A stretch of DNA of 64,000 nucleotides from NCBI GenBank assembly GCA_951406725.2, contig OX597816.1, forward strand, positions 159,216,001 to 159,280,000. The letters are read 5' to 3'. This DNA comes from Octopus vulgaris. Lineage: Eukaryota. The translations under genes and the position numbers were made by a program. The notes below the pieces were generated by a model. That model worked only from the letters and a program-made list of their open reading frames with translations, was not told the origin of the DNA and ran no database searches. This document shows, piece after piece, positions 33,909-45,560 of the stretch. Position 1 is the first letter of the stretch; each line of letters begins with the position of its first letter.

Positions 33909-35282
33909 TATATGTCGTCCTGATGTCACCAATGTCTTTGGCCCATTGTTCTACGATTGTGTATTGCTGTTTCAGCTGCGTGTTATACCAAAATGAACAG
34001 CCGCGAACATAATATCAGGTTTTTAAGCTAAATCTTTTAACGCTTCATTGAACACACCTAAAACTTAACACAGTTAAAACTTTGGCGTTGCTTGAAGTGG
34101 TAGTGTATCTCTTCTTTGTTGCTGACTAAAAATAGATTTATCTTTCATTCCGGTTACCCTTCATTGACATTTGAAATGGATAACCAAAAATTTCATATTC
34201 ACGTTGTAATGCTTTTCTGTTTTTTTAAGAAAGGAGAAAATGCTGCAAAGACTAGCAAAAACAATTGTGAAGTTTATGGTGATGATGATGTAGGTGAATC
34301 AACTGTTCGAAGGTGGTTTGCAAAATTTAAAGCCGGAGAGTTTAGCTTGGAAGATGACAGTCGTAGTGGAAGACATTCAAAATTGGATGAAGATGTTTTG
34401 AAGACAAAAATAGAAGACTCAAATATCACGACTAGAGAACTTGCAGAGGAGTTGGAAGTTTCTAAAGGTACGGCTCATGAACAACTAGTGAAGCTAGGAT
34501 ACATTTCTCGCTATAATGTATGGGACCCTCACCAACTCTCAGAAAAGAATTGCTTGGACCGGTATTCTGTTTTTGATATGCTTTTGAAACGGAATGAAAG
34601 CATGCCTTAAAAAAAAAACCTGTGACTGGAGATGAAAAATAGATTGTGTACGAAAAGGTAGTGTGGAAAAGATCCTGGAGTTTGCGTAATGATCCCCCAA
34701 AACAGCAACCAAAGACGAATATCCAAGCTCAAAAAGCTATGCTTTGTGTTTGGTGGGTTCATAAAGGCATTATTTATTATGAGCTTCTCCCACAAAACCG
34801 AACCATTAATTAAGATGTGTACTGTCGTCAGCTGGATAATTTGAACAAAAAAAATCAAAGAATTGAGACCGGAGATTGCCAACTGGAAAGGGGTAGTGTT
34901 GCAACAAGACAATGCCCGACTACATGTGTCTTTAGCTACCCGAACAAAGTTACATGAACTTCACTGGGATCTCTTAACCCATCCACCATATTCTCCTGAT
35001 ATTGCGCCATCTGACAACCACTTGGTTTTTGTTTCTACAGAACTCATTGCAAGGAAAAACATTTAACGATTTAGATGAATCTCAAAATGCATCTAGATAA
35101 TTTTTTTCTTCAAAACCAGTCAATTGTTATGCTGAAGGAATATTTAAGTTGCCTGATAGACAGGCAAGGATCATTAATAATAATGGAAAGTATTTCATTG
35201 AATAACATTTGTTGAAAGGTCAGTTATTTATATTTCTCTTTGCATATTAAAAAACGCTCAGAACTTTCCGGACAACATAATA
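33909..35282 (+). mobile_element. Near full-length mariner DNA transposon, transposase pseudogenised (ATG 34176 to ~35204)
   Basis: MDNQKFHIH...VGESTVRRWFAKFKAG..LEDDSRSGR, WDPHQLS, VTGDEK*, LQQDNARLH, HPPYSPDIAPSDNHL, with stops/frameshifts. Right end gaactttccggacaacataa-TA; left end tatgtcgtcctga is a partial match. Confidence 0.9.
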
Positions 35283-36974
35283 TATATATATTATAAGGTT
35301 ATATATATAACCTTACAATACAAATATACATAGTATATATTTCTTTACTACCCACAAGGGGCTAAACACAGAGGAGACAAACAAGGACAGACAAACGGAT
35401 TAAGTCGATTATATCGACCTGGTACTTAATTTATCGACCCCGATGAAAGGATGAAAGGCAAAGTCGACCGCGGCGGAATTTGAACTCAGAACGTAGCGAC
35501 AGACGAAATACGGCTACGCATTTCGCCCGGCGTGCTAACGTTTCTGCCAGCTCGCCGCCTTCAAATATACAATATTTGTATTCTAAGGTTTATTGAACAT
35601 ATTTATATAAAGTTCTAATGACTTCTGGTAGAGACGGAGGAGATTAAAATCGAGCGTCAATGTAACAAAAATACATAGCAAATTATTTGTAATGCTCAAA
35701 GCAGGAATGAGTTGACGTTTGCGGTGAGAGGTTAAAATGTGTGTTCTCTGCTGACATTCTCCAAGTCTGCGATTTTTCTTGGTGGGCTTTCGCCTTAAAA
35801 CTAAGAAAAACACAAGAAAAGGTCATACAACATTCGATTAGGTTCTATATGGCGTGATATCGTTGCAAGCTAATTGGTTTATAATCAGAACAAACCGCAT
35901 GGCATGAGCGGACCAGCTTACAATTTAAGCTGTGGACCTGGTAACTGAAAAATGTAAGGTTCAATTCTTGGTCTCGCCAAATATATAATGTCTATGCGCG
36001 TGTATAGAGAAAACCTTTTACCATAATCATGATTCATATTGGTTTCGAATTTTGGCACAAGGTCAGCAATTTCGGGGGATGGTGTAAGTCGTTTAAGTCG
36101 ACCCCAGCGTCCAAATGGTACTTATTTTCTCGACCCCGAAAGGATGAAATGAAAGTCAACCTCGACGGATTTCGGACTCAGAAACATAAAATCTGACGAA
36201 ATATTACTAAGCATTTTGTCTGACATGCTAACGATTCTGGCAGCTTGCTGCCATATAATCATGCAAGATAATATTAGTTATAACCAAGGAGCGATCTGGC
36301 AGAAACGTTAGCACGCCGGGCGAAATGATTGAACTGTCTTTACATTCTGAGTTCAAATTCCGCTGAGGTCGACTTTGCCTTTCACCCCTTCGGAGTCGAT
36401 AGATTAAGTACCAGTTGCGTACTGAGGTTGATCTAATCGACTGGTCTCCTCCCCCAAAATTTCGGGCCTTGTGCCTGAGTAAAAAAGAATATTAGTTGTA
36501 ATCTTTTATTTGAAATGAATTATCCACTTTTTACAACTAAATATCCAAGTAGTTATTTCCTTTGCTTAATGTGATCAAACGTTTATTGTTACAATCCAGT
36601 TATCTGTATCAAAAATGATCACAATAAGCGGATTTTCATAGCATATTTTTTTACATAATTTTTTTTAAAAATTGAATAACATGCATAATTTATTCAATAA
36701 TTTTAATTAATATAGTGTTAACTATTTAATCGCATGCAGATTTAATTTGGTATATTTAATTAAAAATATTTTTCGCACCCTCGTTCAACGCACATAAAAT
36801 TTTCTGCGCACATTTCTATCGTATGATTTCCTCTCTCAAAGACTTTATACATTTTTTTTGTTAACAAATGGCATTCTTAATGCTGTTTTGTGTTCTCAAG
36901 CAGCAAATTTTAATAGCCAGCATGGGGTCATCTGCTATAAATGCACATTGTTCTGGATTTTTCTGGATTTCACC

Positions 36975-37312
36975 ACAACACCACCAGCATCACCATCATT
37001 TTGCATCGTCAATGCATCGTCGTCATTGTCAGTGTCGTCATTAAACATCATCATCATCATCATCGTTGTCGTCGATGCCAATGTCGTCATCATTCATCCT
37101 AATCATCATCGTTATCGTCATCATCATCACCATCGTCAACTTTATCCTCATCAACGTATCGTCATTATCTACGTCATCATTATCGTCGCCGTTGTAGATG
37201 TCGTCATCATATATCATCATCATCGTACATTATCGTCGTCATCATCACCACAATCTTCATTTTATCATCGTCGTCATCGTTACTGTCGTTGTCGTCTTTA
37301 TCATGATCATCA
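36975..37312. repeat. Degenerate (CAT/CGT)n trinucleotide microsatellite
   Basis: Continuous catcatcgtcgt-type array. Confidence 0.9.
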
Positions 37313-37424
37313 TTTCTTTTTCCCCATTTTGCGTTTCCTGATCCGACTCAACAAGATACAATATCCTGTAGAGCTGAAGCCAAACTATGGGCCTAAGGCA
37401 TTATAACAGAAGTGACATGCTTGA

Positions 37425-37590
37425 CGGCGCTCCTGACTGTAATACGTAGGCTATTTCTAGTGGGGTGATCTTCTGAACTGCGTAAATGCTGCTGATGTTG
37501 CCTAGGAAAGGGATTGTGACCTTCTCCATCCCCTCCTTTATGAATCCTGAAGATCGACTAACCACTAGCAATATTTTTACATTCACAGGG
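37425..37590 (-). mobile_element. Decayed 3' end of R4/Dong-type LINE
   Basis: VKILLVVSRSSGFIKEGMEKV...IYAVQKITPLEIAYVLQ resembles the RLE C-terminus seen at 5500-5660. Confidence 0.5.
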
Positions 37591-38307
37591 AAGTGGGGAA
37601 TAAATTGATTGTCAAAATCGTTTGGGTTATATCGCAAAAAAAAAAAAAAAAAAATTGGCTCGGCGTCATTTGTCCCAGCTCTTTACGTTTTGAGTTCAAA
37701 TTCTGCCGAGGTCAACTTTGCTTTTCATCCTTTCGAGGTCGATAAAATAAAACATCAATCACTTACAGGGGTCGATGTAATCGATTATTCCTTACCCTAA
37801 AACTGCAGACCTTGTGCCAAAAATATATATTGAATGTATGTAGAAAAATGTAAGTCATAGTATTATGTCAAAAACTCTTGTGTAAATATATATTTAGCTG
37901 TAAAGGCAAGTATTTTATTCGGTGCAATTAAGAAATATTTTCTGTGTAGCTTATATTTGCGTTGTTGTTGAATCATATTGTACTCGGAGATTTGCTCTTT
38001 CATAATTTTAAAATTATATTTGATGAGCTGCAATTAACAGTGGTGAAACGTTGGTCAAAAATGTTATTACATTATATTGCTGGAGAATTAAATTATTATT
38101 ATTATTATTATTATACATTAATTGAATAATTCCTATTATTTTACCTCATCATGGAGCCTCGATGCTATAAATTGTGGGCAAATCTCCCAATTGCACTCTC
38201 ATTTCTTAAACAGAACCAGCGAACAGAAACACCCTAAACAATCTGGTACGATCCGCCCTCTCATTAACGGCATAAACGTAAATGAACAATGACATAAATA
38301 TAAATAA

Positions 38308-38700
38308 CTAGCAGTATCGCCCGGCATTGCTCGGGTTTGTAAGGGAAATAACTATATAAGCATTTTTAGAGAGTTATAGCTAAAAAGTAGCAAAAAATGC
38401 ATTAAAAATGGAAAATAAATGATGGTAATTTTTTTTTTAAATCGTTGACTCATCGAAGACATTTTTAGAGAGTTACTTCCCTTATATATTAGCGAAAAAA
38501 TACATTAAAATGGAAAAAAATTATGGTAATTTTTTTTTTAAATCGTAGACTCATCGTAGACGCGCGCTAATACCCAGAAGGGCTCGATCTGAATCACGAC
38601 TATAAGATACCCGGTTTTGGTTAAACTGCACCGCAAAATGTGGGAGTAGTTAGGAATCTAAATCGTAGGAGACACACAACTTCTCTTTTATATATAAAGA
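38308..38700 (-). mobile_element. Non-autonomous Helitron
   Basis: Minus strand starts A|TC (tctttatatataaaa) and ends with the hairpin cccgagcaatgccggg, then CTAG|T. No TSD. Internal ~100-bp tandem duplication (38363-38460 / 38461-38560). Confidence 0.8.
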
Positions 38701-38723
38701 TGACAACATAAAACATAATTTTT

Positions 38724-39323
38724 GGCGAAGTTTCGCATGTCGTAGCACAGATTTCCGTCGATTTCCGTAAAAAACTTTTATTTTTTTACATAAGTAATGA
38801 GAGCGAAAGAGACTAAGAGGAAGCGATTTTATGACGAGAAGGTTTCACTTTGAAATCGGCCTGTGTGTGTTTGATGGGGTGTGGGAGACAGACAGTATGT
38901 TGTGTAAGTGAAGTGCTTCTGTTAGTGTGTGCGAAGAGACAGAGAGAGTAATGTGTGAAAGAGAGAGATAACTGATTTTTTACTCGGTGTATGTGTATAT
39001 GTATGTATGCATGTATGTGTGTGTGTGTGTGTATGTATCTATGTATGTGTGTGTGTGTAAGTATGTGTGTGTGTATGTATGTATGTATGGCCGATTCATC
39101 GTAATTTTTTACTCGGTGTATGTGTATATGTATGTCTGCATGTATGTGTGTGTGTGTATGTATCTATGTATGTGTATGTATGTATGTGTGTATGTATGTA
39201 TGGTCGATTCAGTGTAATTTTTTACTCGGTGTATGTGTATATGTATGTCTGCATGTATGTGTGTGTGTGTGTATGTATCTATGTGTGTGTGTGTGTGTAA
39301 GTATGTGTGTGTGTATGTATGTA

Positions 39324-39356
<33 letters not shown>

Positions 39357-39666
39357 GTGTATGTATCTATGTATGTGTGTGTGTGTATGTATGTATGTAT
39401 GGCCGATTCATCGTAATTTTTTACTCGGTGTATGTGTATATGTATGTCTGTCTCTTCGCACACACTAACAGAAGCACTTCACTTACACAACATACTGTCT
39501 GTCTCCCACACCCCATCAAACACACACAGGCCGACTTCAAAGTGAAACCTTCTCGTCGTAAAATCGCTTCCTCTTAGTCTCTTTCGCTCTCATTACTTAT
39601 GTAAAAAAATAAAAGTTTTTTACGGAAATCGACGGAAATCTGTGCTACTACAACCGAAACTATGCC
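38724..39666. mobile_element. MITE with ~220-bp TIRs, GGC..GCC termini and 8-bp TSD (Merlin- or MULE-like)
   Basis: 38742-38943 versus 39447-39648 is a 202-bp inverted repeat with two mismatches. TSD TAATTTTT at 38716-38723 and 39667-39674. The interior is a (TG/TATG) microsatellite-containing tandem array. Confidence 0.85.
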
Positions 39667-39714
39667 TAATTTTTAATTACCCCCCACCAAAAAAAAACAA
39701 AAAAAAACACCAGC

Positions 39715-40465
39715 TACAGGGTGGCATACGAAAAAGTAACCCGGATTCCGTAGCATAGTGTAAATATAGAAATAAAGGATCTTTCGGTTTGAACGGCAGT
39801 TTTTTCGGATCTTTTCGGTTTGAATGGCAGCTTTTAACTTAATTTCTAGGTAACTAAACACTTTTAAACTTCGTATACTGGTAGAATGTGTTTATAAAAC
39901 ATCTTTTTCTCTTGGCTTTATTGAGAAAATTCTATAGTTTGTAAGATATTTGTTGTTGTTTTTCTTCAATTTCTGCAATTTCAACCAATCACTGACGTCT
40001 ATTGAGGTAAAAACATTCTGTGCTGTATGAATATGTCCCTCGTTTAAGAAACAGATTGGGTTTATTTACATTTCTGAAGAAAAAAAGATACCCTTCCCCC
40101 ACTTCTTACCCTAACTCTAAAACAGATTGAAATGCAATAGATCGATACTAGGGTCATAATTATGGGTGACAATTTCATATGACATCGCTAGAAAAAACTG
40201 CCGGTAAAATCGAAAAGATCCCATCTTTGTTCAACAGTTACGAGTAGTCTGAATTTCGTAATGAAACTTGCAAACGAAAGGTTGAGTACTTTCCTGTGCG
40301 TGTAAATTTATTTCTGTATTTACTCCATGCAACAGAACCCAGGCTACTTTTCAGGTCGAAATAACACGACATTTGCAAACGAAAGGCTGGGTGCTTTTTC
40401 GTGCGTGTAAATTTATTTTGTATTTACACTGTGCGACGGAAACCGGGTTACATTTTTGTGCGCAA
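39715..40465. mobile_element. Tc1/mariner-like MITE (TA-CAGGGTG start) interrupted by a second MITE
   Basis: 39731-39776 is the imperfect reverse complement of ~40412-40458. Internal tandem duplication at 40268-40350 / 40373-40455. Confidence 0.55.
39777..40221. mobile_element. Nested MITE with ~30-bp TIRs (left TIR duplicated in tandem)
   Basis: ggatctttcggtttgaacggcagttttttc (39777 and again 39807) versus gaaaaaactgccggtaaaatcgaaaagatcc (to 40221). Confidence 0.7.
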
Positions 40466-40744
40466 TATTGTATTTTGACACGAACAACAACGTGACAGAA
40501 ATCAACAACAACGGTACAAAATAATTTAACAACACGAACATTTACATGTGATGTTAACAGAAATTTACAGTAAAGTGAAACAGATTTAAAGACCGTAGAT
40601 CACAGTAAATGAGAGATTTATGAATTGACTGGGAAGACAGTAAAAGATGCCTTTAAAACAGAGCGGCATCAAAGCTGCATTTTTATCAAACTGTAATATA
40701 ACTGGAATTTATTGAACAAAAAGGTTGCTGATATATATGTGTCT

Positions 40745-41010
40745 TCGTCTTAATTCTTCTCACTTCCCATGGTGCACTGGGCATCAAGAGTTCTCACAAA
40801 CGATGTCGGTTTCCTCCTTCCACATGCCTTTATCTTCCAGGCCCTAACAGTGGTCGATCAAGCCTTGACAAGACTACCTCGTCTCCTACGTCCCTTTTCC
40901 AGCGAGGTACTCTCTCGCTGGTCTTTTCAAGAGCAGTCGTGGCGCATGGCCGAACATCTGCCGTCTGACGGTGATGTTACCGCGTAGGTTACTCACTTCG
41001 GCCCCTCATG
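40745..41010 (-). mobile_element. Decayed 3' end of RTE-clade LINE
   Basis: Minus-strand EKGRRRRGSLVKA*STTV...DAQCTMGSEKN* resembles the RTE C-terminal GxRxRGRP..W motif. Confidence 0.5.
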
Positions 41011-42280
41011 AGTTCTTCACGCACTCACACACACACACACACATTACTCGATTTCGAGTAATGCCATTGCTTTCTTAAGCACGAGCAGCATGGATGTGGC
41101 AGTGATAGGTGTCTCTTGCATCAAATGTTCAGAGAGTAGCCATCCACGCTGACACATGCCTTCATTCCATCATGACTTAATCTAGAGTAAGAACAACACC
41201 ACCTGATCCTGGGGTGCCTTTAGCAAAGTCTCCTGAGTTGAAAACATTTAGGCCACGTCTCCGAACTAAGAATAACTTCCTCTCTTCATGTCACCGCTCT
41301 TGGGGGAGGTCTATCCTTGGACTTTACAAATATTTCAAAACAAAATGGGTGTCTTTTTTTTTAAGATAGAAAGATGTTTCTCAAAGAGAAGGGACGGGTA
41401 AAACTTGTTATTTAAATGGTGTTTAATCGCAAGTCAACCCTGGCTGAGCAGACCTATGATCAAATATTTTTCCAGCTGTGATCATGTACATTTATAACTA
41501 CAATGGCCAATGTGTCCTTTTTTTCGAGAGTGACGTAAAATTTGAGGTAATACTGCTGCTGTTTCTAGCAGGTTGAAGGATAATCAAGAAGACATCTTGT
41601 TGCTTTTTATTATAGACTGTTGTTTTCTAACCCAGAACTGTCCTGCTCCAGCGTACTTATGATCAAAGATATTCCATTTGTGATCATCTAGCCTTATTTT
41701 CTAGTGTATCTAGAAATACATTATCCAATGCATTCAGTCTTATTTACGACGATAGAGTGTAATTTGAAAGAGAGCTGGCTGCTATTTCTAGCAGGTCGTG
41801 CGACCACTCAGAAACCTTCTTTAGTTCTTAACTCTTTACCAGTTCAAAGCATTTCCATAAATTTGTCCTGATCATTAGACATTAAATCTAATATTTATGA
41901 ATATTAAATCTAGTATAAAAAACTTGGCTGATTCATTATTTGGACGGATGAAAGAGTGATTCTGTTTTTACTATGTTTTAAACGTGAAGACATGTTCCGG
42001 GAGTTGGAATGGAACGCTGAGATTCTGTTAGAAACGCTGATATTTTACTGTTTGTCTTTGGTTTTAGTGATGTATTCTTCTTATGTGGATATTCACATGA
42101 AAGAACCAGTGAACACCAAGAAGCCAGTGAAAATATGTATTTGAATGTCTGAAGAAAACGCTATGATTACTAGGAAATTCCAATAATAACATTAAGAAAT
42201 TGGTATACAATTTTAACCAAAAGAAAAGGAAAATGTATTTTAGAAACTGAACATTCTGAAATCGCGATATTATTTGCAAG

Positions 42281-43126
42281 ATGGTATTGTTCAAAAGTTC
42301 TTTCTTGCCGATAATTCTTTGTGCATTTGCTGCTGTAAGCTTCGGTTTCGCCAAAGTTTTAATCTTAATCTTTTCGATACTCTTTTTGAAAGATGCCACA
42401 CAGACATTTAAGAAATATTTCAAAGCAACTGAACCAGTCAGAGGCGTGATACGTCGTATGTTATTTAGAATTATTTGGTATTGGCAGACTAAGATTAACG
42501 GGGAAGTGTTCAAACACAAAGCTCTCCAACGTGCTCAGATAGAATGTTCCCCAATATTAAGTATAGATAATAATCTGAGGAAGAGTGGCTTTGACGATAA
42601 TATAATAGATACATACATGGACATTTTAATTAAAACTTACGGTGAAGGAAATGAAAAACTAATACCGACCCGAACCATAACTGATATTGCTAAAGGTAAT
42701 TATTGTCCCGAATTTAATGAAAACTTAGCGATTTATAATACGCTGTTTGGTATAATCCAAATGAGACAGCATTCCGCTTTGATAGTCATCTCGATCGAAG
42801 AGAAATACATTGTTTACTTTGATCCATGTATTCATGAGATGGATAAATGCAGCAAAAGATACATCAACAAATGTTTGGAATTTTTGAAGAATGACCGTAA
42901 GTTGAGAAAAATTCATTGGAAGATTTACAAATTGGAAAATGGCCCTGAAAAGTTTTCTCGTGAAATTGAATGCGATGTTGCTGTGATGGCTTTTGCAGAA
43001 TGTTTACTACGTAATACAGGTCCTTTCATCATTAGCCCACCTTTTCTAAGAAATGAAAAAAATAAAATTCTAAACGCTGTCTCGGCACATGTCCTCTGTG
43101 CCAATAATGAATCAGCGAAAACATAA
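42281..43126 (+). CDS. Intronless divergent Ulp1/SENP-family (peptidase C48, clan CE) protein with N-terminal hydrophobic segment, 281 aa
   Basis: Uninterrupted 846-nt ORF in AT-rich DNA, with start context aagATGG. Motifs GFDDNIIDTYM (~WLNDEIINFYM), QHSALIVI (~HWCLAVV), IVYFDP (~ITYYDS) and PEKFSREIECDVAVMAFAE (~PQQxNGxDCGxFxxxYAD) occur in the SENP order. H164-D181-C231. Confidence 0.8.
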   Translation: MVLFKSSFLPIILCAFAAVSFGFAKVLILIFSILFLKDATQTFKKYFKATEPVRGVIRRMLFRIIWYWQTKINGEVFKHKALQRAQIECSPILSIDNNLRKSGFDDNIIDTYMDILIKTYGEGNEKLIPTRTITDIAKGNYCPEFNENLAIYNTLFGIIQMRQHSALIVISIEEKYIVYFDPCIHEMDKCSKRYINKCLEFLKNDRKLRKIHWKIYKLENGPEKFSREIECDVAVMAFAECLLRNTGPFIISPPFLRNEKNKILNAVSAHVLCANNESAKT

Positions 43127-43412
43127 CCAAAGAGATTATCATTTAAACTAGTTTGAAACTAGATTAAGACTTCAGCGACTGCATGTTTTATTAATTGCTA
43201 ATGAGAGAAGGAAAACATAATATTATTAACAGGTTGTGTTGTGGAGTCTTGACTCTCGCAATAATGAGTGAAATGAATAATTGTGGACCTTTAAGAAACT
43301 TCTTTTTTCTTTAATACTTACCGAATCTGGACGAAAGGACAGTGGTCATGATTTTTGAGATCCGTGAGTTTGATGCGTTAATGTAATGTTTGAACTTTTT
43401 CAAGTTGATACT

Positions 43413-43643
43413 TATTTCTTTACTACACACAAGGGGCTAAACATAGAGGGGACAAACAAGGACAGACAAACGGATTAAGTCGATTACATCGACCCCAGTG
43501 CGTAACTGGTACTTAATTTATCGACCCCGAAAGGATGAAAGGTTAAGTCGATCTCGGCGGAATTTGAACTCACAACGTAACGGCAGACGAAATACTGCTA
43601 AGCATTTCGCCCGACGCGCTAACGTTTCTGCCAGCTCGCCACC
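43413..43643 (-). mobile_element. Family A (Nin-type) SINE
   Basis: Same consensus as 26020-26251. Confidence 0.85.
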
Positions 43644-45525
43644 TAAATTGAACGTGGATGGACTCTCATAACCATTTGATGTTTAAAAATCCTCCTATAT
43701 ATTCATAATTAAATATTATTAGGAATTGTATAAAAAAATTTGTCAGAATATTTTGTGTATTGTAGATGTATAACCAATTTATTGCACATAATTTTTAACA
43801 ACAAAATCTTATATGGACCCCACAGGCCATATGGACTTCTGTTGAGAACCATTGCTCAATATGTAAGACGGCTGGGTGATTTAAGGAAGACGTGGTTGCT
43901 ATTTCTTCAGGTCGCACGGCTTTGTAAAGGCTCCTTTGTTGGCTCGTGGGAGTGTGAATGAAGTTAGTCCCTATGGTAGAAGTTTCAAGTGTGAAGAAAT
44001 ATTCCGTTGTAAGGTTTTTGAGGAAAGCAGTAATGGACAGAAGTTGAGAGGCAGGCGGCACATGTTAGTTAGAGCAATGGTTTATATGTTTTTGTGCTGT
44101 TTCATAAGCGTGGTGGATGACAGCATCTATAAAGTGGCGAACAAAATGTATTGACATATTTAGTTACATGTCTTCAATTCGGTTCTGTGCGTTTGAGTTC
44201 ACATCCTACCGTGGACAACTTTGATTTCATCCATCAGGAGTTGATGCAAAAGTGTCAATCCAGAATGGTGGATTAGCGGAATAGTAAGAACGTCTGACCA
44301 GGTGCCTTGTGGTATTTATGCGGCAGTTGGCGTCCTGAGTTCAAACCCGTCATGGCTCACTTGGAAAGTAAACCCAATCCGTTTCCCTGTTTAACAACAA
44401 CAGCAGGCACTTTGGATGCATTCATTGGGATTTACTCTGTTGCAGGCATTCGGTTCAAACTTCTGGTTTAAAGATATCCAAGTCCCTCTCTTAAAAGTCT
44501 CAGAGGCTCTTTAAAGGGTCATGGGCATTATCCTTCCCGTAAATTTATAGAACACCCTTCTTGATTTCAATGGCTAGTAATTATTTTTCCCCTTTTTTTC
44601 TTGTTTTTTTTAAATTTTTTTCCTTCAGTATCAACTAACCTAATCTCTCAACATGTTGCAAAGGACTTTTCTTCTAGAAAATGGAGGGGTTCTTAGACTA
44701 CCCCTTCACGGAATTTTCTATACCATTTTTTTTTTTTTTTCGTGTTTTATCAACAAATATGACCTCCGAATATCAAATCTTTGTTTAGAAGTCAGATTAG
44801 TTGATAGCACACGACAAAACCGATGAAAAATAATTATTTCCCACTGAAATCGAGAGTGGCGTTCTTTCCATAAATTAACCTCCTTTCCCTCCAAACTAAA
44901 AGATTAAAAAAGAAAATGGGATGAACATATTTCTCGAGATATTTCAACATGTAGATGGGAAATATATATACTCTGACCTTGTATTTCCCAAGCAGAAAAA
45001 TGACCGTATTTTCTAGCAAACAAGTCTACTTATATATATAGTGTAAACATCTTTGGTATCTTTACAAATTCTGTTGCATTTCACATGGAAATTTTTGGTC
45101 CTCCAAATTCGTGTTAGTGTATAAGTCGACTTACCTTTTCTTTTTGGCAGTAAATTATAGTCCGAAAAATTCGACTTATATCCTGGAAAATACGCTATCC
45201 GATTTATGCGTTTTTTCTTTTTCATTGTTTTATTACTGTGTTGTGGCGCTACTATTTTTGTGTCCTATACTTATCTGCTTATTTTTGTTGACACCATTGT
45301 AAGGACGTGAATGTGCGCACGTGCGAGCGTTTTGTTAATGTGTATTTGTGGTTGAGTTTGTGGGTGTTGTTTGCAGTGACGGTGGTGATAGCTAGTTTTT
45401 GTAAGTCCGTTCTTGCTCCAACCATTCTTTCTACTGATCGCGTGTGAGGATCAGTATATGTTTCCAGCACGTACGCCATCATTGCAACTTGCTGTTGTAT
45501 AGACTTATGTGTGTGTATAGGCTTA

Positions 45526-45560
<35 letters not shown>

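Noticed and set aside
34116-35066. SETMAR-like domesticated transposase gene
   Set aside because: Multiple stops and frameshifts, TIR remnants, no SET exon; an ordinary dead mariner
36858-37406. 182-aa His/Ile/Ser-rich ORF
   Set aside because: Product of the (CAT/CGT)n microsatellite, which lacks stops in that frame
38987-39577. Overlapping VCMY-repeat ORFs
   Set aside because: Translations of TG/TATG microsatellite inside the MITE
42064-42519. 151-aa minus-strand ORF
   Set aside because: Antisense shadow of the SENP-like ORF with no recognisable motif
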